From IMG/VR virus record IMGVR_UViG_3300036770_006954, positions 107,630 to 171,629 of that record: 64,000 bases of DNA. The stretch is one strand, 5' to 3'. Under the pieces are notes generated by a model, which was given only the letters and a program-made list of their open reading frames with translations, was not told the origin of the DNA and ran no database searches. Origin of the DNA: a virus. Positions 28,212 through 35,486 of the stretch are shown here, piece by piece (the stretch's first letter is position 1; every line of letters begins with the position of its first letter). The position numbers and the translations under genes are program-made.

Positions 28212-29177
28212 TTATAATTCCACATTATAAACCTGCACATTAGGACCCATATCCTCTTCGCCGATGGGAAACTCTACTTCTTCCTGAAATTCCTCCCTGT
28301 TAAGTCGAACTGCTCGTGCAATTGGAGGTTCTTCAAAAGATTGTAACTTTTCACGGTCTTTATAAAGGGAATGAGAAGTTAACCACGCATTTTCATTAAG
28401 TTGCCGGTTTGTGAAAGAATCTTTTTCAAACAAGATATTTCTAACTACATCCATAATTGAGTTAGGTAATTCAGACAACATGGAATCAACTCTGTCGTCA
28501 ACCATATTCCAAAAACTCAACTCAGTTTCTTTTTCTTGGTTGTTTCTATAATAAACCGCAACTTTTTTTCCACTAATCTTATTGATACAATATACAAGTT
28601 TTCCATCCTGTGTGTAATTGAAGAAATGACCATGGTAGGTTTCAGAGGCTGTACACCATTTGGTACCATATCCGTATTTTTGAGAAGCCTCGGCGGTGAA
28701 TGGTCGGATAATTAACCATTCATTATCCTCATAATCTTTTAAAACCTGTTTTTGTAGTTTTTTTGAAATGTTCTTGAGTTTAATTAAACTCATTAATGAG
28801 TGGATTTCCGAAATGTCCTTAATTTGTGTGACATCAACATTAGGTAATTGATTGTTTTCGGCGGCTTCCACGAAGTTTACCATTGACCTAACCAATTCAG
28901 AATCTAAAGAGCCTAAAAACTGATAAATTAAAGGGGTTTGCTCGTCTGAAATATTGTCCAAAACCACATGATAGAGTTCACGCAATTCGGTACGAATCTC
29001 ATATAGATGACCCTTTTTTACATTTCTTTGATTGTAATTTTGGGTAAAAAGTTTCACCATCATCGGTGTATACTTGTTGGTTTTACTTGGGTCAAGCATC
29101 ATAATAATATCCAACAAATTCATTTTCATGAAATCGGGAGCTTTTTCTACAATATCCTTTCGTTTTGCCATAATCAA
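28212..29177 (-). CDS. Conserved large-phage protein (YGYGTKWCTA motif)
   Basis: ASQKYGYGTKWCTAS ... FWNMVDDRV. Confidence 0.65.
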   Translation of the reverse strand: MIMAKRKDIVEKAPDFMKMNLLDIIMMLDPSKTNKYTPMMVKLFTQNYNQRNVKKGHLYEIRTELRELYHVVLDNISDEQTPLIYQFLGSLDSELVRSMVNFVEAAENNQLPNVDVTQIKDISEIHSLMSLIKLKNISKKLQKQVLKDYEDNEWLIIRPFTAEASQKYGYGTKWCTASETYHGHFFNYTQDGKLVYCINKISGKKVAVYYRNNQEKETELSFWNMVDDRVDSMLSELPNSIMDVVRNILFEKDSFTNRQLNENAWLTSHSLYKDREKLQSFEEPPIARAVRLNREEFQEEVEFPIGEEDMGPNVQVYNVEL

Positions 29178-29245
29178 TTAATTTATGTAAAGATAAGAAA
29201 GGAACAACTTACAATCAAAGAGTATTTATAATAAGTTATCAAAAA

Positions 29246-31237
29246 ATGCCCACAGCTCGTCCTTTCGCTTTAAACACTGGTAATACTATATCAGGCGCCG
29301 AACAGCTCGGTGATTTGGCTATTGGGTATGCTTCTTATGATTATACCACAAATCCTGGTGGTGTTAGATGGTGGGGTGGACCCGATGAAGACCCTGGGTA
29401 TATTATTTGTTATCCTGTTTATTCTCAAAACCGCCCATCACCCGATGGTCCAATAGGAAGTGTTGGATTCAAGAGGTCAAAACAAAAAACGGAAGAATCG
29501 TTCATCCAAATATCTGAGAATATGTCCAATTTTACCGAGACATTTACCTCAGGTGTTGAAGCCAAACAATGGTTGGTTGATAACGGATATTGGACATCTT
29601 ATATTGGTTCCTCGGCTTATACTCCTACGTGTTTTACAATAGATGGTGGTGTGGGTATTGGAGAAAATGCTTGGGATATAGAATACTCACCAACGTCACA
29701 AGAAATCTATCTGAACAATTTTTCCACTATTGGTGCATATGTCATCGATTCCAATACTTTACAATATAAAGGAACATTACCTGTGACGGGTACATCTGGA
29801 AACGGTCAGTTTGCTATCGACTTAAGTGATAACAAATTGTTTACTGGTCAAGTCAATGGGAATTACATTGTCAAATATGATTTGTCAGGATTACCCGTAA
29901 GTGGAAGAACAATAGATGCTGCAGCACAGCCTTATTCACCAACCAATAACTTTTTCCAAATTGCTTACAACCCTGTACATGATAAGTTATACGTGGCAAA
30001 TAATGATTCTAGAAAACTTTACATTCTCACGGGCTCTAACTTGTCAACTATTGCTGAGATTGACCCACCAACACCCCTTACGGGTGATGATGCCTTTAAT
30101 AATGTGGGTGTGAATACAAACAATGGTAATGTAATCACAACATTCGAGGGAGTTTTTATTGATGGTCAATTTTACAATTATTTTATTATAGACGGTGACA
30201 CAAATGAAATCACTTACACTGGATATACAGGTTCTGGTCTCCAATGGGATAATTTAACCAAGGTTATATTTTCACCTGTAAATAATAAGTTTTACCTCAT
30301 TCAATTTACGATAAGTGCCTTTACGGGTAAAGTTATACAAGTTATTGATGCCAATACTGGTGAATTTATTAAAACAATCAACCTATCTACCGCCAACTCA
30401 AACAATCAACAAACTGCAATCATTTACGATTCATTGAGAAATTACATATGGACACCTGACAGGCTTCTTAAACAGTGGGTTGTTATTGACTGTAACACTG
30501 ATGAAATTGTTCTTACATTCGAAGAAACTTTGGGTTGTGCTGGTTCATACTATGGTGGATTATTTGCAACTTACGATACTCTTAATGATAGAATGGTTGT
30601 TACTGCGGGAAGTTCATTTCAAAAAAAATATTTTGAGTTGTCCGAGATTATACCCTATCCTTATGTAACACCAACGCCAACACCTACTCAAGAATTAACT
30701 TCCACACCTACACCTACACCATCCCAAACGGTAACTCAAACTCCAACACCCACACTTTCAATAACACCAACAAACACACCCACACCGAGCACTAGTCCAG
30801 AACCTGTAACAGGATATTCCTTCAACTTAGTTGCCCTTCCATATAATTTTCCATCGTCAGAAAATTCAATTATGAATGGAGAGCCTAGCGCTACTGAAGG
30901 AAGCACCGAAATTAATGTTTTAGCAAGTGGAGGGAGAGGATTTTACTTCAACAGTATAGATTCGGGAAGTGTGGACAGAACAGATTATTATTCTGCATTT
31001 ACGGGTCAAAGTATAACAATAACATTTAACCAAGCAGGAAATGTTGCAATTTATTCGGGAGATACTAATTCATTCAAGTATTGGGAACAAGCACCGACTG
31101 GTAACGGATTTGTGTTTGGTGAGGGTATTGGAGTACCACCTTCAAACACTCCAAGTGGAACTGCGGTGCTAATACAATCGTCACCAACAAATTATACTAT
31201 TGGGTTACCAGTATTTGTGAGTTTGGTTATAAATTGA
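29246..31237 (+). CDS. Beta-propeller (YncE-like) protein with TP linker, putative virion/receptor-binding
   Basis: Repeats IAYNPVHDKLYVAN, VIDANTG, YDSLRNYIW; TPTPT linker; late motif upstream. Confidence 0.7.
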   Translation: MPTARPFALNTGNTISGAEQLGDLAIGYASYDYTTNPGGVRWWGGPDEDPGYIICYPVYSQNRPSPDGPIGSVGFKRSKQKTEESFIQISENMSNFTETFTSGVEAKQWLVDNGYWTSYIGSSAYTPTCFTIDGGVGIGENAWDIEYSPTSQEIYLNNFSTIGAYVIDSNTLQYKGTLPVTGTSGNGQFAIDLSDNKLFTGQVNGNYIVKYDLSGLPVSGRTIDAAAQPYSPTNNFFQIAYNPVHDKLYVANNDSRKLYILTGSNLSTIAEIDPPTPLTGDDAFNNVGVNTNNGNVITTFEGVFIDGQFYNYFIIDGDTNEITYTGYTGSGLQWDNLTKVIFSPVNNKFYLIQFTISAFTGKVIQVIDANTGEFIKTINLSTANSNNQQTAIIYDSLRNYIWTPDRLLKQWVVIDCNTDEIVLTFEETLGCAGSYYGGLFATYDTLNDRMVVTAGSSFQKKYFELSEIIPYPYVTPTPTPTQELTSTPTPTPSQTVTQTPTPTLSITPTNTPTPSTSPEPVTGYSFNLVALPYNFPSSENSIMNGEPSATEGSTEINVLASGGRGFYFNSIDSGSVDRTDYYSAFTGQSITITFNQAGNVAIYSGDTNSFKYWEQAPTGNGFVFGEGIGVPPSNTPSGTAVLIQSSPTNYTIGLPVFVSLVIN

Positions 31238-31310
31238 GGTCTTGGTCAGATTCGAACTGACGAATAACGCTTTTGCAGAGCGCCCCCTTGAGCCACTTGG
31301 GTACAAGACC
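31237..31310 (-). tRNA. tRNA-Cys(GCA)
   Basis: GCGCT CT-GCA-AA AGCGT, U73. Confidence 0.93.
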
Positions 31311-31313
31311 TTT

Positions 31314-31391
31314 TGGGGTGATTAATGGGTTTCGAACCCACGACCTTCTGAACCACAATCAGACACTCTAACCAACTGAGCTATAATCACC
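31314..31391 (-). tRNA. tRNA-His(GUG)
   Basis: TCTGA TT-GTG-GT TCAGA; G-1 and encoded CCA. Confidence 0.93.
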
Positions 31392-31407
31392 GTATATTTA
31401 CAAATAT

Positions 31408-31992
31408 ATGTATATTTCAGACAAATACCAAATCCAATGGTGGGTACCACCCAGAACTGCAAGTCGGATGACTAGAAAATTTTTAGAAAAATTAAACTTT
31501 AGAGGAGAATGGGGTCATCACACAGTTTATGGTGATTCAACATTCGATGTTTACCTTAACATAAGGAATCCCTACTCAATTGTTGTGTCACTATTTTTTT
31601 TGTCTCGTCAAGCTGAAGGATTAACATTCGAACAATTCGTCAAAAAGTCCAAAGCAGATTACTTGGGGTTCCATAACACTCACTTGTTAGATTATGTTCA
31701 AGCTTTGAAAGATAGAAAATTAAAATTAGTTAAATTAATAAGAGTAGAAAACCTTATCGATGATATGTTATCAATTGATTTCATTCAAAATAATCAAGAA
31801 TTATTGATGGATGAAATTGAAGAACTTAACAAAGGTGTTGGTCCTTGGAGAAGAGGGTATAATCCTGAAGTGTTAAAACCATACTCAGAGTTCTACACAC
31901 AAGAACTTGCGGATATTGTATATCAAAATAGAAAAAAGTATTTTGAGTTTGGTGGATACGACAGAGATTCTTGGAAAACTCTGATAAACTAA
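31408..31992 (+). CDS. Sulfotransferase-family protein
   Basis: PPRTASR (5'-PSB-like), IRNPYSIVVS (3'-PB-like), YSEFYTQELADIV. Confidence 0.65.
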   Translation: MYISDKYQIQWWVPPRTASRMTRKFLEKLNFRGEWGHHTVYGDSTFDVYLNIRNPYSIVVSLFFLSRQAEGLTFEQFVKKSKADYLGFHNTHLLDYVQALKDRKLKLVKLIRVENLIDDMLSIDFIQNNQELLMDEIEELNKGVGPWRRGYNPEVLKPYSEFYTQELADIVYQNRKKYFEFGGYDRDSWKTLIN

Positions 31993-31999
31993 AAAAAAG

Positions 32000-32103
32000 G
32001 TGTCGGGGTAGGAATCCCACCTACAAGCGAGAACAACCATAGAAGGTCTTAATGTTCTCCATCCAAAAAATGGATGTGCCTTTGTCAATTCAGCCACCCG
32101 ACA
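32000..32103 (-). ncRNA. tRNA-like RNA with U-rich anticodon loop and ~35-nt variable arm
   Basis: TGTCGGG/CCCGACA acceptor, CATCC-ATTTTTT-GGATG, GAGAAC..GTTCTC arm, T-arm GTAGG-TGGGATT-CCTAC. Confidence 0.75.
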
Positions 32104-32114
32104 TAATAAGTTTG

Positions 32115-32186
32115 CTCCTCGGGGGAATTACGATATCCCGACCTAACGATTAACAGTCGTTCGCTCTACCTCTGAGCTACCGAGGA
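32115..32186 (-). tRNA. tRNA-Asn(GUU), atypical T-loop
   Basis: AACGA CT-GTT-AA TCGTT; T-loop ATCGTAA. Confidence 0.88.
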
Positions 32187-32211
32187 ATGCTTGGCATGCA
32201 AGATTAAAATG

Positions 32212-32294
32212 TTGGAAGGGACGGATTCGAACCGCCGTACCCGTACAGGAGCAGTTTTACAGACTGCCGGTTTTAACCACTCACCCACCTTCCA
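32212..32294 (-). tRNA. tRNA-Tyr(GUA)
   Basis: GCAGT CT-GTA-AA ACTGC. Confidence 0.93.
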
Positions 32295-32304
32295 TTGTCA
32301 TCTG

Positions 32305-32376
32305 CGGTCTATCACGGATTCGAACCGAGGCTACCTCATAGACAGTGAGGCGTGTTTACCACTACACTAATAGACC
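32305..32376 (-). tRNA. tRNA-Asp(GUC)
   Basis: CCTCA CT-GTC-TA TGAGG (U37). Confidence 0.9.
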
Positions 32377-32466
32377 AAAATAATTAATGATGAGAAATAG
32401 TTTCAAAGAAAGCTATTACCATCTTTTTCAAAAACAACTTAATTTTTTTCATACCAATAAGTATTG

Positions 32467-32572
32467 AAGTCAAGACAGGAATCGAACCTATTTTACCGCG
32501 TACATAGCCTAACACTAAAAGTTCGTTTGACTACCTCTTTAACCTACGATTACGAGCCACTCGCTCTTGACT
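32467..32572 (-). ncRNA. AGUCA-family tRNA-like RNA (106 nt)
   Basis: AGTCAAG/CTTGACT-T acceptor, ATAGG-TTCGATT-CCTGT T-arm, non-tRNA interior. Confidence 0.75.
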
Positions 32573-32577
32573 AAATT

Positions 32578-32645
32578 ACCCGTCTTTCCAGGCTGTCAAC
32601 AACTTATGTGTTAGCCTCACACATCAATCACTAGGTTGTCAGCTT
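32578..32645 (-). ncRNA. Small structured RNA, UGACAGC/GAAAGA motif copy A
   Basis: GACAAC..GTTGTT stem then TGACAG CCTG-GAAAGA-CGGG. Confidence 0.55.
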
Positions 32646-32647
32646 TG

Positions 32648-32732
32648 TAGTCAGGACAGGATTCGAACCTGTAACTTTCGTAGATACCTTTCTGGCTCTC
32701 CCTACTGCGTATTCCTTTTTCGCCACCTGACT
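32648..32732 (-). ncRNA. AGUCA-family tRNA-like RNA (85 nt)
   Basis: AGTCAGG/CCTGACT-A, GCG/CGC D-stem, 16-nt anticodon loop, ACAGG-TTCGAAT-CCTGT. Confidence 0.8.
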
Positions 32733-32778
32733 AAAGTTAGTTTTCGGGACATTGGACAAAACTAACAAACCCTAAAAG

Positions 32779-32918
32779 TAATCGGGGTGGGAATTGAACC
32801 CACTCTAAAGGACGGTCCCTTTCTCAGTCACACAAGGTAATTACTCCTTGCTACACCTACCGTGTAATGCTTTGTGGCCACTCCACATTACCAAATGTCA
32901 ACCATAGACATCCCGATT
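32779..32918 (-). ncRNA. 140-nt RNA with tRNA acceptor stem and T-arm
   Basis: AATCGGG/CCCGATT-A, GTGGG-TTCAATT-CCCAC, multi-hairpin interior. Confidence 0.75.
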
Positions 32919-32923
32919 ATGTT

Positions 32924-33010
32924 GCCTGTCTCTCCAAGCTGTCATACCTCCCTTGTATTCTGTTCTGGCATATAGCCGTTCCTAACGGTAAAGCGGTATC
33001 AAAAACCAGT
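32924..33010 (-). ncRNA. Small structured RNA, UGACAGC/GAGAGA motif copy B
   Basis: ATACC..GGTAT stem then GACAG CTTG-GAGAGA-CAGG. Confidence 0.55.
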
Positions 33011-33013
33011 ATG

Positions 33014-33103
33014 TAGTCAGGACAGGACTCGAACCTGTACGAATGTTCCTTTCCCCGCAGACATAAAGTACAACGGTGCGCCTACCAATTACGCCACCTG
33101 ACT
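33014..33103 (-). ncRNA. AGUCA-family tRNA-like RNA (90 nt)
   Basis: AGTCAGG/CCTGACT-A, GCG/CGC D-stem, enlarged anticodon loop, ACAGG-TTCGAGT-CCTGT. Confidence 0.8.
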
Positions 33104-33111
33104 ATAATAAA

Positions 33112-33313
33112 ATGGAAACCCCCCCTCTACGCTCACCGTAGTTGTGAATTTTACTGGACATAGTTTACTGTCCACCTGTTGCGAGTCGACTGCAGAGCAG
33201 GGTCCATCACAGAGTACCTTGGGGCATGTACAACTTCTTTATGGTTGCGACCCATTTGAAGCCAAGGTTCCTTTCAACGGTGCTAATCCGTCTTCTGTAA
33301 GGAGTTTTTCCAT
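33112..33313 (-). ncRNA. ~200-nt structured RNA of unknown family
   Basis: Closing helix ATGGAAA../..TTTCCAT; internal ACCTTGG/CCAAGGT, ACAGA/TCTGT, TGGACA/TGTCCA. Confidence 0.55.
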
Positions 33314-33317
33314 TTTG

Positions 33318-33415
33318 TGGTGTGAGCGGGATTCGAACCACGCGGCACAGTCTTTTTCACGGACTTGCTCTACCATGGGAGTATCATATGAGTACTCCAC
33401 CTGAGCTATCACACC
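33318..33415 (-). tRNA. tRNA-Phe(GAA) with hairpin inserted in the D-loop
   Basis: GGTGTGA/TCACACC; loop GT-GAA-AA; D-loop contains GGAGTA-CTCATATGA-TACTCC. Confidence 0.75.
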
Positions 33416-33421
33416 TTATTG

Positions 33422-33502
33422 TACAGAGGGTGGGACTCGAACCCACACATCTTACGATACCGGTTCCTAAGACCGGCGCGGCTACCGTTACGCCACCTCT
33501 GC
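33422..33502 (-). tRNA. tRNA-Leu(UAG)
   Basis: CCGGT CT-TAG-GA ACCGG. Confidence 0.93.
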
Positions 33503-33507
33503 ATTGA

Positions 33508-33655
33508 GTTAGTAGTAGTTGACTTTATCAGGAATCCCGCCTAACCCCATTTAAGAAGTCCAGCTTCACACACCATTAGAGAGAGGGTTAATTCTTAGTG
33601 TGTACCCTTGCGATATGCTCTCCCATACCGTCAACCCACGCATTGTACTACCAAC
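33508..33655 (-). ncRNA. ~150-nt structured RNA of unknown family
   Basis: GTTGGTAGTA/TACTACTAAC and GTTGAC/GTCAAC closing helices; first element after promoter 33704-33711. Confidence 0.55.
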
Positions 33656-33673
33656 CGTTTGTTTTTTCCACCA

Positions 33674-33711
33674 TTTCAAAGACCTTTTGTCTTAACAACA
33701 CCACAAATATA
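33674..33711 (-). promoter_or_regulatory. TATATTTG promoter followed by boxA-like GGTCTTTGAAA
   Basis: Motifs read on the minus strand upstream of the ncRNA array. Confidence 0.6.
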
Positions 33712-33725
33712 TGGTAATATTTTTA

Positions 33726-34229
33726 TCAAACCAAATCTTTATGAAAAACTTTTTCTGAATTTTGTTCTACCCAAGACAAACTAATAGAAACATGTTTGGA
33801 AGATTCTTTCTTCGATGATTCAATTTTGGTTTTCACTATTTCCAAAACCTTATCAGTTGTACATTTCCAAATACCATTACAACTAAGTCCATCGTCTTTA
33901 TCAAACAAGGCAAAAAAGAATGCATCGTTTCTTTTAACCCTGTGAAGATTATCTTCATGGATTCTATCAAGTTGAAAACTACCACCTTCTTTACAAGAAA
34001 GGTACTCGTATTTTTCTTTCCCATCTTTAGAATATGCGTCAGCACCATGTTTTGTTTTATGACATTCATGACCAAGAATTTCGGAAACCATCCATTCTTT
34101 AATGAATCCTGGTGTTAACAGGTCTTGTTCAAACCCATTTTCCTTTTTGTATAGGTTTAGAGTCCCTACCAATAGAAGGAGGGGATTTTCTTGTTGTGTT
34201 ACCAAGTCGAGCAATTCATTTTGCGTCAT
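33726..34229 (-). CDS. PD-(D/E)xK restriction-endonuclease-like protein
   Basis: HGADAYSKDGKEKYEYLSCK resembles a PvuII-type active-site segment. Confidence 0.55.
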   Translation of the reverse strand: MTQNELLDLVTQQENPLLLLVGTLNLYKKENGFEQDLLTPGFIKEWMVSEILGHECHKTKHGADAYSKDGKEKYEYLSCKEGGSFQLDRIHEDNLHRVKRNDAFFFALFDKDDGLSCNGIWKCTTDKVLEIVKTKIESSKKESSKHVSISLSWVEQNSEKVFHKDLV

Positions 34230-34244
34230 AGGGTTGTATGTTAG

Positions 34245-34317
<73 letters not shown>

Positions 34318-34363
34318 GTTATGTTGGTAAATTATAGAAAACCGAATCTATAATGTCAAATTG

Positions 34364-34436
34364 TACACCCTGAAGGACTCGAACCTCCGACATCTTGCAT
34401 GTAAGGCAAGCGCTCTACCATCTGAGCTAAGAGTGT
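34364..34436 (-). tRNA. tRNA-Val(UAC)
   Basis: CTTGC CT-TAC-AT GCAAG. Confidence 0.93.
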
Positions 34437-34510
34437 ATTTGCAGGATATCGCTTAACCTGCGGTGAGTGTACCTTTCACCTTGTTCCCTTGCGGTACTAC
34501 GATTTTTTTG

Positions 34511-34616
34511 AAGTCAGTACAGGTACTGCCCCTGTTGCTTGGTCTTTTGCTTAACAGAGTATTATCAATGACACTCTGTGAACCTCACCCACGAGTTACT
34601 TTTACTCTAACTGACT
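34511..34616 (-). ncRNA. AGUCA-family tRNA-like RNA (106 nt)
   Basis: AGTCAGT/ACTGACT-T, GAGT/ACTC D-like stem, ACAGG-GGCAGTA-CCTGT T-arm. Confidence 0.7.
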
Positions 34617-34619
34617 TTG

Positions 34620-34692
34620 TGACCCCACCGAGATTTGAACTCGGAACTCCCATGTTAAAAGCATGGTACTCTAGCCGTTGAGTTATGAGGTC
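34620..34692 (-). tRNA. tRNA-Lys(UUU)
   Basis: CCATG CT-TTT-AA CATGG. Confidence 0.93.
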
Positions 34693-34698
34693 TTTTTA

Positions 34699-34976
34699 TT
34701 AACAAAGAATAACCAGGATTCTGTTTTTAATCTGTCATTAGTCTATTGGCCCCACCTTACCCGACCAGCTCACCGTCATGGGTTGTTTTGGGTTGAATCC
34801 TCGGTGGTTCAACCGATATAAGGTTGTGGACTTATAACTGACCATTATAAGTTTGTTACCTTATATCTCCCACCTTAAGCTGCGATTTCCTGAGTTTCCT
34901 CTATGTTCAACATTTCACACTGTTCAGTGACAATGAACACCTGATTTTATTGAACAAAGCGACAGAACTTTGTTAA
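34699..34976 (-). ncRNA. rnpB: RNase P RNA (compact, phage-encoded)
   Basis: P1 TTAACAAAG/CTTTGTTAA; P2 CTGTCG/TGACAG; P3 TGTTCAA/TTGAACA; CR-I GAGGAAACTCAGGA; CR-IV AGACTAAT; CR-V ACAGAATCCTGGTTA; P4 AAC(U)CAGGA/UCCUGGUU with bulged U. Confidence 0.85.
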
Positions 34977-35387
34977 CTATTCCAAATCCAACATCTGGCG
35001 ATGCGTGATGTTTTTATTAACCTTGATTTCCTTTTTTCGATTCATCAGTTTTCTAACGGTCCACCAATCTTTCGATAGAAAAACCACATAACCTACAAGT
35101 TTTCCCGAGGCATATGGCATTCGATACTCATCCAGGACAGTAATTTGATAAGGAAAAAGATAACCCGATATTTTTTCTTCAATCATGATTTTATAGAAAA
35201 CTACTTTATCGGGACCCATCCGTTTGAAATAAACATCAGGTTTTTCGTGTTTATTGAAATATTCAGTGATAAGACCGTCTTTGATTATCAACTTGGAATC
35301 CCCATCTAAAAAAGAGTAGAATTCAGCAAATCCATGTACAGTAAGAACGATAATAACAAATAAAAGAGTAATAAGAATTATTGTCAT
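34977..35387 (-). CDS. Hypothetical protein with N-terminal TM helix
   Basis: 136 aa ORF. Confidence 0.65.
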   Translation of the reverse strand: MTIILITLLFVIIVLTVHGFAEFYSFLDGDSKLIIKDGLITEYFNKHEKPDVYFKRMGPDKVVFYKIMIEEKISGYLFPYQITVLDEYRMPYASGKLVGYVVFLSKDWWTVRKLMNRKKEIKVNKNITHRQMLDLE

Positions 35388-35486
35388 AGTTGAAAAATTT
35401 AAGAGTTGTTTTCGTTGTTTTCAGGTTTAGGGTTTGGTTCGTCGGATTTAGGTGGAACATTCCACATCTCATCCCAAAAGGTGTAT

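Noticed and set aside
33144-33507. Plus-strand ORFs 33144-33404 and 33322-33507 (also 34463-34681, 36165-36527, 37706-37897, 37970-38179)
   Set aside because: Antisense shadows of tRNAs, ncRNAs and the leader region; GC-rich RNA genes often leave open frames.
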